Shown here in pieces: positions 56,635 through 64,000 of a DNA stretch of 64,000 nt. Below the pieces are notes generated by a model. That model ran no database searches and was not told where the DNA came from. It worked only from the letters and a program-made list of their open reading frames with translations. Origin of the DNA: Nitrospiria bacterium (lineage in GTDB: Bacteria; Nitrospirota; Nitrospiria; SBBL01; JAADHI01); NCBI GenBank assembly GCA_046756925.1, contig JBHHXH010000002.1:2990-66989 (forward strand), written 5' to 3'. The stretch's first letter is position 1. Each line of letters starts with the position of its first letter. A program made the translations under genes and the position numbers.

Positions 56635-56787
56635 AGGGCCCGGACATGGCGGCGAACCGCTTGCAGTCGAGGAAAACCCTTGCGGGAAAAACCCCGAAAT
56701 AAAAAGGATTTTTTGGAAATGGTGGTTGTTGGGGGAAGCGCTCCCTTGAAATTGGACCGACGGATCTTCCCACCGGAAACGCCAAAA

Positions 56788-57999
56788 ATGTCTCTCGCGT
56801 TTCCGTTTTTCATCTTATGCATCTTGGTCCTACTGCCTGCGGGGTCTTGGGCCAGGAGCGAGCGTTGGGGGGATTCGTACGAAAAGACACCCTTATACCT
56901 AGAAGAGGGCGCGATCCGATTTCGGGATTTCAGGCCGGAGCTGAAACATGCGGAAGAAGGACGGTATGTATCCCGTTTCGAAGACGGTCCGACCCTGACC
57001 TATACCATCGCAATTCCCCTCCAAACCCATGTAAAGACATATTTTGAAAGGTACAAGGTGCCCTATGGCGCTTTTGTCGCCATCGATCCGAAATCCGGAA
57101 AGATCCTCGCCTTGGTCGACCATTCGACAAGAGAGCCCCGATCAAAAGGGCTGGTGTTCCGTGCGAGCTATCCTGCCGCATCGATCTTTAAGCTCGTGAC
57201 GGCGGCGGCGGCCATCGAAAAGGAGCAAGTGACGCCCGAAACGACGATTTCCTATCGCGGAGAATTTAACCGCCTCAAACCTGCCTATTGGAGGGACAAC
57301 CCGGAGAAGGATATCTTGAAGACAACCCTGGCGGATGCCTTGGCGAGTTCGAACAATGTAGTTTTTGCCAAGGTGGGTGCAAGATGGCTCGATTTTCAGA
57401 CCTTATCTCAATTTGGGAAAAAATTTCTATTTAATCGGCGCATCCCCTTTGAAAGCCCCATTGAAATCAGCCGAATGGAGATCGATGACTCCGAAGCCAG
57501 CCTGGCGAAAACCGCCGCCGGGTTCGGCGAAGTGGGTCTTTCTCCGATGCATGCGGCATTGCTGGGTGCGGCCATTGCGAATGACGGTGTCATGATGAGG
57601 CCATATATGGTCGATTTCATCAACAGCCGGACCGGCGAGAAGATTTATGAATGCGATCCAAAACCCTTGATGACAACGGTCTTGCCTGAAACCGCCGCCA
57701 TGCTTCGAGATATGATGGGTTTGACGGTTCTAAAAGGAACGGTTCAAGAGGTCTTTCAAACGCCACGGCTGGAGCGTAGCCTCCGAGGCATCGAAATCGG
57801 AGGAAAGACCGGTTCCTTAAGGGGTAAAACACCCCGAGGAAGGGTGACCTGGTTTGTCGCGATGGCGCCCCTCGACGATCCGGAGATTGTCGTCTCCGCG
57901 ATGATCGTCAACGATCCCGTCTGGCACATCATCGCGCCTCAAGTGGCGAAAACCGCATTGGCTTTTTATTTCGAGTCGCGGAATGCAAGGGCGCCTTAG
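56788..57999 (+). CDS. Penicillin-binding transpeptidase-domain protein (monofunctional, secreted)
   Basis: Signal peptide MSLAFPFFILCILVLLPAGSWA. SxxK (ASIFK), SxN (SSN), KTG (GKTGS). Confidence 0.7.
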   Translation: MSLAFPFFILCILVLLPAGSWARSERWGDSYEKTPLYLEEGAIRFRDFRPELKHAEEGRYVSRFEDGPTLTYTIAIPLQTHVKTYFERYKVPYGAFVAIDPKSGKILALVDHSTREPRSKGLVFRASYPAASIFKLVTAAAAIEKEQVTPETTISYRGEFNRLKPAYWRDNPEKDILKTTLADALASSNNVVFAKVGARWLDFQTLSQFGKKFLFNRRIPFESPIEISRMEIDDSEASLAKTAAGFGEVGLSPMHAALLGAAIANDGVMMRPYMVDFINSRTGEKIYECDPKPLMTTVLPETAAMLRDMMGLTVLKGTVQEVFQTPRLERSLRGIEIGGKTGSLRGKTPRGRVTWFVAMAPLDDPEIVVSAMIVNDPVWHIIAPQVAKTALAFYFESRNARAP

Positions 58000-58099
58000 C
58001 CGGAGTTGAAACCAGGCCGGGTTTTTTTGTGGTGAAGATTCCCGCCTGCCTTAGGGAACCCGCATGGTTAAAGCGACACTTGTAGACACATACAGCGCA

Positions 58100-59632
58100 C
58101 TATGCCATACGCTTTGCGGCGCCCCAGAGGGCTTCCTCGATCGCCGCCAAAAGCGGTGTAAAGCTACCCGCTTCTAAAGCGGAAAGACCGATGGCCTCAT
58201 AGCGTGTACAAAGACCTTTGGTCGTTTCTTGATCGATCCGATCGATTTTATTAAAAACAAGAAGCTGCGGGACCTCCGAGAGCCCAAGCTCCGAGAGGAC
58301 TTTTCGAACGGTGTCGATCTGCTGTTCGAATCTTGGGCTGCTGATGTCGACCAAATGGATCAGCAGATGGGCATCCTGTAGTTCGTCTAACGTAGACTGG
58401 AAGGCGCCAAGCAGGTCTTTCGGAAGCGACTGGATAAAACCGACGGTATCCGTGATGATCACTTCGCGTTCCCTCGGAAAACGGAGCCGACGTGTAGAGG
58501 TATCGAGTGTTGCAAAGAGGAGGTCCTTGGTTTCGACGCGACTTTTTGTGAGCCGGTTCAGCAGCGTGGACTTGCCCGCGTTAGTGTAGCCGACGATCGA
58601 GAGGATGGGCAAGCGGTTTGCTGTCCGTTTCTTGCGCCGCCGCTTGCGAGCGGCGGCCAAGTGTTTCAGTTCCCGTTCCAATCGCGCGATCCGGTCCCAG
58701 GCTCGGCGGCGGTCGATTTCCAACCGGGTTTCTCCCGGTCCGCGGCCCCCAATGCCTCCCGTCAGCCGCGAAAGCGCGGTGCTCCGGGCCGCCAGGCGGG
58801 GAAGACGATAACGAAGTTGCGCCAGCTCCACCTGGACTTTCGCCTCACGGCTGTGCGCCCTTTGCGCGAAGATATCCAGGATCAACTGCGTGCGGTCCAA
58901 TACCTTCATTTCGGTGACTTCCCCTATCGTCTTGACTTGGAGTGGAGAGAGGTTTTGGTCGAAAACAAGCAACTCGGCTTGCTGCTGAAGCGCCTTCATC
59001 ACGACCTCTTTAAGCTTGCCCTCGCCCAAAAGATATTTGGGATGGAGCGCCTTCGGGCGCTGGATAATGCGTGCGATGGGGACGAGGCGGGCGGAATGGG
59101 CGAGCTCGGCGAGTTCGTCCATCGCATTTTCTTGATCGATTCGTGGTTTGAGAGAAGCGCTGATGAGAATGGCACGACCCGCGTTGCCGGTGGCCTGGGT
59201 CTTTGTTTTTTGTCGGATAAATTCGGTTTCCAGATCGCTGAGAAAGGGCGTGAGCGACAACTTGAGCTGGTGAATGGGTCGTGGGACGTGGACTTCGTAC
59301 AGAGCCCCTTTGGGATTGGGCGGCAGCAAGTGCGCCAGATAGACGCGGCCCGGCATGCCGTCGGCCAAGATGCTGAGGGCCGCGATGATATCGAGGCGAA
59401 GCAAGGCCAGATCACTGAGGTCTTCTGTGCTGAGCGGTTCGTTTCTCAGATGGGTATGGATCAGCCGTAGTCCTCGAAGCGGACGTTTGCCAAAACGGAA
59501 CTCGGACAAATCGGGGATGAGAACCTGGCGCTGATTTCCGACCAAGACAAAATGGATGACACCGTCTCTGGCCACAAGTATCCCGATTTGGCGGTTGATT
59601 TCAAGCGAAATGGAGGTCAGGAGTCGGGCCAC
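58100..59632 (-). CDS. hflX: GTPase HflX, long form (5' boundary unresolved)
   Basis: G1 GYTNAGKSTLLN, G3 DTVGFI, G4 NKID. The coordinates follow the ORF-track GTG, but homologous-looking coding sequence continues in frame up to the stop at 59755-59753 (see findings). Confidence 0.88.
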   Translation of the reverse strand: MARLLTSISLEINRQIGILVARDGVIHFVLVGNQRQVLIPDLSEFRFGKRPLRGLRLIHTHLRNEPLSTEDLSDLALLRLDIIAALSILADGMPGRVYLAHLLPPNPKGALYEVHVPRPIHQLKLSLTPFLSDLETEFIRQKTKTQATGNAGRAILISASLKPRIDQENAMDELAELAHSARLVPIARIIQRPKALHPKYLLGEGKLKEVVMKALQQQAELLVFDQNLSPLQVKTIGEVTEMKVLDRTQLILDIFAQRAHSREAKVQVELAQLRYRLPRLAARSTALSRLTGGIGGRGPGETRLEIDRRRAWDRIARLERELKHLAAARKRRRKKRTANRLPILSIVGYTNAGKSTLLNRLTKSRVETKDLLFATLDTSTRRLRFPREREVIITDTVGFIQSLPKDLLGAFQSTLDELQDAHLLIHLVDISSPRFEQQIDTVRKVLSELGLSEVPQLLVFNKIDRIDQETTKGLCTRYEAIGLSALEAGSFTPLLAAIEEALWGAAKRMA

Positions 59633-59868
59633 TTCAAAGGTGACGACTTGGTCATCCTTTATTTTTCGGTGGCCGATTCGCTCCAGGCGTTTGATTTGAA
59701 GGGGCTTTAAGCCGCTGAGGGTTCCAAAAATATGCGTAACGGCAGACTCCTTTCATGAATATCTTAGCATCTTAGGATCTGAAAATCGAATACATATTGT
59801 ATTTCCTTCTCGAGGGTGTTAAGATAACAAACTCGCTACATCTTTAAAAATTAAAGGGTTTTTAAGGT

Positions 59869-60876
59869 ATGTTTTTCAGTCTGAAATGGCGCCGCTTCGG
59901 TTTTATCGCCGTGTGCACCATGCTCCTTTCCCCTGCTCTAAACGCGGCCACCCCGGAAGAGATCGCGGAATCGCATTTTGAGGAGGCGGTGTCTTTCAAT
60001 AAACAGCGCCAATTTAACGATGCAATCATCGAATTGGCCCAAGCCGTCAAGCTGAGCATCGACAACCACAAGTATCATCGAGCCCTCCACCGAACCTATC
60101 TGGCAACACGCCGTGGGCGGCAAGGCATCCTTTTCTATAAGGGATTGGTTCGAGAACACCCGAAAAATCCAACGGTCCATTATTGGCTGGGTCGTTTTTA
60201 TCTGGCCGACAAATCCTTGGATGCCGCGGCGAGAGAATTTCAAAGGGTGACCCTCTTGGCGCCGAAGGACGAGCACGGTTACATTTCCCTAGGCCACGTC
60301 TACATTCGAATGGGAAAGCCGGAGAAAGCCTTGGAAGCTTACCTGAAAGCCGATGTCTTGGTGCCCGATATCCCGGTTGTAAAAGTGGGAATAGGAAATA
60401 TCTATTACGCTTTTGAGGACTACGACAAAGCGCAAGAGGCATACGAAGTCGCTCTTGAAAAGGACTCCAGCTATTTGGAGGCCCGCTACAATCTCGGACT
60501 GATTTATGAAATAAAAGGAGAGTTCGGAGAGGCGGCTGAGCAGTGGAAACTGATGATCGAGACAGACCCGAACGAATCGGATGCTCGGGAGCGGCTGGCA
60601 AACCTCTATTTTCGCGCGAAGCTTTATATGGATGCCGTGAGAGAATATGCCACCCTGTCTTTGGTTCGACTGGAAGATCCGAAAATTTTTTTCGCGCTCG
60701 GCGAGGCGCAAATTTTATTGGCGTCCGAGCTGACCAATCAAAAAGATCGAGATACGCTAAAAATGCGGGCCCGCGAAAGTTTTAGCCGGGTTTTGGAATT
60801 GGAACCCAACCACAAAGCGGCCAAAAGGTACCTCAAACGTTTAAAATCGATTGCATCCACGCAAGGGAAGAAATGA
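59869..60876 (+). CDS. TPR repeat protein, secreted
   Basis: Signal peptide ending ALNA. About 6-7 34-residue TPR-like units (e.g. AIIELAQAVKL, YISLGHVYIRMGKPEKALEAYLKA, YNLGLIYEIKGEFGEAAEQW). Confidence 0.75.
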   Translation: MFFSLKWRRFGFIAVCTMLLSPALNAATPEEIAESHFEEAVSFNKQRQFNDAIIELAQAVKLSIDNHKYHRALHRTYLATRRGRQGILFYKGLVREHPKNPTVHYWLGRFYLADKSLDAAAREFQRVTLLAPKDEHGYISLGHVYIRMGKPEKALEAYLKADVLVPDIPVVKVGIGNIYYAFEDYDKAQEAYEVALEKDSSYLEARYNLGLIYEIKGEFGEAAEQWKLMIETDPNESDARERLANLYFRAKLYMDAVREYATLSLVRLEDPKIFFALGEAQILLASELTNQKDRDTLKMRARESFSRVLELEPNHKAAKRYLKRLKSIASTQGKK

Positions 60877-60942
60877 CCCCGTGGAAAGCCTGTTAATCAG
60901 CTTGAAGCCCCACATTTTGAGGCCCCACAAGGAGCGCTTGGT

Positions 60943-61521
60943 TTGATAAAATTTAAAAAGGGATTTCGTTTTGTTTTACCGGCCGTTTTCTTTCTCGTCT
61001 TTGGCGTCGGGGATGCTTACGGCCGTGCGGAAAAAAAGACCTACGATTGTAATGCGGTGGAAAACAAGGCGATCCGAACGACCATTGACATGAAATTGGC
61101 CAAAAAATGGAAGAAGAAAAAGAAAGAAATCAAGAACGATGTGATCGATAACAACGATTTACTGAAGGTTCGCTTAAGTTTTTTTCCTTTCTTGGATCCG
61201 CCCATGAATCTGGGGGTTGGAAAATGCGTTTCGGCTGAAGATGGCCGAATCGCCATTAAAAAGGCATTGGAGTACAACCGTGGGATCGGATTTGTTGTCA
61301 TGCAGGAACTCTTGCCCCATCACTGGATCAGAATTGGTTTGACCGATCTGGCCGAATTGGCGTGGATCCCTGTGACCCCGAAAGACATATCCCGTTTGGC
61401 GGATCCAAGCTTGACCACAGACCAATTTCAATCGGTTTATAGAGAACTGGCCACTTTAAAGGAGCGGAAGCTTCCCTTTGGGATGGGGACCAAGGAAATA
61501 GAGGTCCCGCCTGAAGAATGA
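60943..61521 (+). CDS. Hypothetical secreted protein
   Basis: TTG start, signal peptide VLPAVFFLVFGVGDAYG, Lys-rich patch KKWKKKKKE. I recognise no family. Confidence 0.45.
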   Translation: MIKFKKGFRFVLPAVFFLVFGVGDAYGRAEKKTYDCNAVENKAIRTTIDMKLAKKWKKKKKEIKNDVIDNNDLLKVRLSFFPFLDPPMNLGVGKCVSAEDGRIAIKKALEYNRGIGFVVMQELLPHHWIRIGLTDLAELAWIPVTPKDISRLADPSLTTDQFQSVYRELATLKERKLPFGMGTKEIEVPPEE

Positions 61522-61940
61522 ATGTTCGATTTGACAAGATACACTTCCAGCGCGATCGAGTTCATTTCCTCCTTTTTCTTATTTCGATGATTTTTGCCAT
61601 GCTCATTCGTCCGGCCCTTGGGACCGCCTTGGACCGGGACGCCTCCGAAATAGAAATACTGGATCATGCATGGCGTCCCGATGAAGTGTGGGAGAGAATC
61701 GGCAAAACGAAGTTCGTCTGGAATGCGACTGTTCGCAACAATTCGGACATTCGAAAACGGGTGTATCTTTACTATGATCTGCTGGATGAACGCGATGTGC
61801 CGGTGGCTCGAAATGTCACCAATCGATACGTCGCTGCGCATGAAACCCTCAAGATTATCGCGGATTCTTATATCATGACCTTCGATCTCCCCCGAGTCAG
61901 ACGAAGTCGGGTGACGGTCAAGGTGGGGGTACCTCACTAA
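61518..61940 (+). CDS. Hypothetical membrane-anchored protein
   Basis: The start overlaps the upstream stop (ATGA), suggesting translational coupling. One N-terminal TM (FLLFLISMIFAMLI). I recognise no family. Confidence 0.45.
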   Translation: MNVRFDKIHFQRDRVHFLLFLISMIFAMLIRPALGTALDRDASEIEILDHAWRPDEVWERIGKTKFVWNATVRNNSDIRKRVYLYYDLLDERDVPVARNVTNRYVAAHETLKIIADSYIMTFDLPRVRRSRVTVKVGVPH

Positions 61941-62158
61941 GAGCGCTCGAAGATCGGTCCTGATCCCTTACCGAGCGCGATACGGTTCCATTAAATCCGT
62001 CCAAGCCCTTAAACGTAATGATGGGGCCGTGAACCGTTTTTTATCCAACAAAAAATTGAACGACTTGATTCTTGGCCGATCCGGTGCAACAATAGTATAA
62101 TTCAATGAATATGATTCAATGAAGCTAATGCAAGATCAAGAGAAAACGCGAGGCCCCC

Positions 62159-63166
62159 ATGAAAAAGCTTGAGCACTTTTGGCGCGATGGAAGACGGCGA
62201 AGGCGGGTGTTCATCGGTGTGGGTCTGTGGCTGGTTTTTTATCTGGCCATATCCGTATCCGATATAATGGCCGAAACACCTTTTATCCAAGAAAAGTCGG
62301 TATTAAAAGGGCATATCGATATCGTTCGATCCGTTGCCTTTTCCCCGGATGGCACGCTGTTGGTGACGGGGAGCTACGATAAAACCGTTCGGGTGTGGGA
62401 TTTAGAAGCGGGTCGCATGCGTTATATGATGACGAATCCAAATATCGTCAGGGCAGTGGCTTTTTCTCCGAATGGGAAAATGATTGCCTCTGGCAACTAT
62501 AATAAGACGGCGGAACTTTGGGATGTCGAAACAGGGAAAAGAAGAGCCGTGCTCGGGCACGTCAAGTTGGTCCGAACCGTGGCCTTCTCCCCGGACGGGA
62601 AACTCTTGGCGACCGGCAGCACGGATTTTAAGGTCCGCCTGTGGTCGATTCGAACCGGAAGGGAAAAGAAGGTGTTATCCGGACACCGCAAGGCCGTGAA
62701 CGCCGTGGCCTTCTCCCCGGATGGCAAGATAGTGGCTTCGGGGAGCACGGACCGCAGCATTCGTTTATGGGACAAAGATTCGGGAAAGGAAGTGGCTGTG
62801 TTATTGGGGCATGATAAACCCATCTTCTCGCTCTCCTTTTCCCCGGACGGCGCGACTTTGGCCTCCGGAGGGAGCGATAAGACCATTCGACTTTGGGATA
62901 TGGCGGATTATACCGAAAAAAGCCGGCTGATCGGGCATACGGATGCCGTCAATACGGTGGACTATTCCCCCGACGGCAAAATATTGGTGTCCGGCGGCGC
63001 CGATCAGACCCTCCGGTTTTGGGACATCGAAACTGGAGACGAAAAGACCCGGTTGGAAGAAGGCCATTCCCTCTATGTCGCCTCCGCCACCTTTTCTCCG
63101 GACGGCACGATGTTGGCTTCCGGAGGCGGTGACCGCTCTATTCGAGTCTATACGGTCACGCCTTGA
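62159..63166 (+). CDS. WD40 repeat beta-propeller protein with N-terminal membrane anchor
   Basis: Arg-rich N-terminus plus a TM (VFIGVGLWLVFYLAISV), then seven repeats of the type V.SVAFSPDG..LA[ST]GS.D.T[IV]RLWD. Confidence 0.85.
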   Translation: MKKLEHFWRDGRRRRRVFIGVGLWLVFYLAISVSDIMAETPFIQEKSVLKGHIDIVRSVAFSPDGTLLVTGSYDKTVRVWDLEAGRMRYMMTNPNIVRAVAFSPNGKMIASGNYNKTAELWDVETGKRRAVLGHVKLVRTVAFSPDGKLLATGSTDFKVRLWSIRTGREKKVLSGHRKAVNAVAFSPDGKIVASGSTDRSIRLWDKDSGKEVAVLLGHDKPIFSLSFSPDGATLASGGSDKTIRLWDMADYTEKSRLIGHTDAVNTVDYSPDGKILVSGGADQTLRFWDIETGDEKTRLEEGHSLYVASATFSPDGTMLASGGGDRSIRVYTVTP

Positions 63167-63504
63167 TAATATTGTTGTCCTAAATTTTCCGATTCAAACT
63201 TCTTTATCCGACCCAAACTTCGAAGCCCTTTAATCATTCACAAATAAAGGAGCTGATACCTGTTTTTACAGGCGGAAGCCCATTATAATACGAAAATTTG
63301 TCCCCTTTGGCGCTTTCTGCGCCCTTGATTCCACTGGGCCCACCTTAGACTCAGCCTCGTCTAATCACGTGGTTCTGCACATGGGGGAGATGCAAAGAAA
63401 TGGTCCCCCTGTATCAAATCCCGTTTTCTTTATATAAAACATAGTTTTGTGTGTATTTTTTTTTGAGTAATCTTTAATAAAAAGGCGTAAAGATCTGTAA
63501 AAAT

Positions 63505-63528
63505 ATTTTGACATGTATTTTGACATGT
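63505..63528 (+). repeat. Tandem 12-bp direct repeat ATTTTGACATGT x2
   Basis: 63505-63516 and 63517-63528 are identical. Each contains a TTGACA hexamer. They lie immediately upstream of a third TTGACA. Confidence 0.8.
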
Positions 63529-63537
63529 AAAAAGTGC

Positions 63538-63566
63538 TTGACACTTTTTTTTTCGCGTGCTAGATT
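63538..63566 (+). promoter_or_regulatory. Candidate sigma70-type promoter
   Basis: TTGACA (63538-63543), a 17-nt spacer, then TAGATT (63561-63566), in a strongly AT-rich stretch. This would give a leader of about 180 nt before the ATG at 63754. Confidence 0.45.
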
Positions 63567-63753
63567 TGCCAATCTTTTGATCATCCAGTTGATTCAATAT
63601 TACTCCAGAGAGGTGAGTCGAAACCCTTTCCATGTGGATACCCGGTGAAAGAAACACATATCGTAAGGTGGGTGTCATTCTTAAACAAACAATTCTTCAA
63701 AATTCCCATAGCTTAAAAACCCCTGTAACTAGATGAATATGAAGGAGAATATT

Positions 63754-64000
63754 ATGAAGACCAAAAGAAGAAATGCATTGAGATTATTCTTCGCGTTCAT
63801 GCTGATTCTTTCTGTTCCGGGAATGTCTTTTGCCGGGGAGGATAATCATGATCATTCACATGACGCCCAACCCCAGGTGCTTGCCGCTGCGGAGTCGAGC
63901 GACTGGAAAGCGAAACTAAAGGCTCAAATTAAACAGGAAGAACAAGCGGAAGGCCGGAGCGGGCGCAAAGAGCAGGTTGATGCGGCTATGAAGGCCTTGA
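63754..64000 (+). CDS. Secreted protein with His-rich N-terminus, 3' end cut by window edge
   Basis: ATG at 63754 after GAAGGAG. MKTKRRNALRLFFAFMLILSVPGMSFA signal peptide, then GEDNHDHSHD. The frame is open to the window end. It is not in the ORF track because no stop is reached. Confidence 0.6.
   Translation, partial: MKTKRRNALRLFFAFMLILSVPGMSFAGEDNHDHSHDAQPQVLAAAESSDWKAKLKAQIKQEEQAEGRSGRKEQVDAAMKAL

Noticed and set aside
57999-58028. Possible bidirectional terminator between the PBP-like gene and hflX (CCGG...CCGG followed by T7)
   Set aside because: The stem is only 4-5 bp with a mismatch. The T7 run alone is insufficient, so I did not list it as a feature.
63567-63753. Leader of the right-edge gene as a known metal riboswitch (yybP-ykoY Mn or czcD NiCo type)
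   Set aside because: I could not find the conserved core strings of those classes by eye. I kept it only as an unclassified long leader in the findings.

Overview
This 64-kb chromosomal window comes from a Gram-negative-type bacterium. It is almost entirely protein-coding and mostly core functions. By eye I found no rRNA, tRNA, CRISPR array, transposase or integrase. Phylum cannot be assigned without a database search; the gene content is reminiscent of Nitrospirota or Deltaproteobacteria-like lineages.

Gene content, left to right:
1. The 3' part of a class I amidotransferase, a DUF72 gene and a LpqY/SugABC-like sugar ABC importer (1-5690).
2. A 1.1-kb gene-poor stretch with an orphan HicB-like gene.
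3. A minus-strand alternative complex III (ACIII) operon actA-actB-actC-actDE-actF (6865-14376).
4. yacG and a DUF3108 gene.
5. A complete ISC operon in E. coli order: iscR-iscS-iscU-iscA-hscB-hscA-fdx-iscX (15852-21449).
6. A PilZ gene, then three separately transcribed envelope genes: an outer-membrane beta-barrel, a secreted Arg/Asp/Gly-rich repeat protein, and an OmpA-family coiled-coil lipoprotein (22359-25658).
7. A minus-strand rrf2-aprA-aprB-sat unit (25735-29601).
8. lspA-ileS and a CCA/poly(A)-polymerase-family gene.
9. A full dcw cluster, mraZ through ftsZ (35127-53305), followed by pgeF-yggS-proC-yggT-divIVA and a PBP-like transpeptidase.
10. Long-form hflX.
11. A TPR gene, two unknown genes and a WD40 gene.
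12. An AT-rich promoter region and the start of a His-rich secreted protein at the right edge.

Most interesting observations:
- A hand-counted insertion of about 148 residues, rich in His, Asp and Glu, sits inside the heme domain of a fused ActD-ActE cytochrome c.
- The Sat/AprAB unit has aprA before aprB, sits behind a Cys-less Rrf2 regulator, and has no qmo, aprM or dsr genes in the window.
- An identical 24-bp palindrome is centred on the -10 box of two unrelated promoters.
- A secreted protein has RGDG[ST][IV]DD repeats and an RG/RD tail.
- rsmH and hflX have conserved N-termini that lie upstream of any canonical in-frame start, each next to a short homopolymer.
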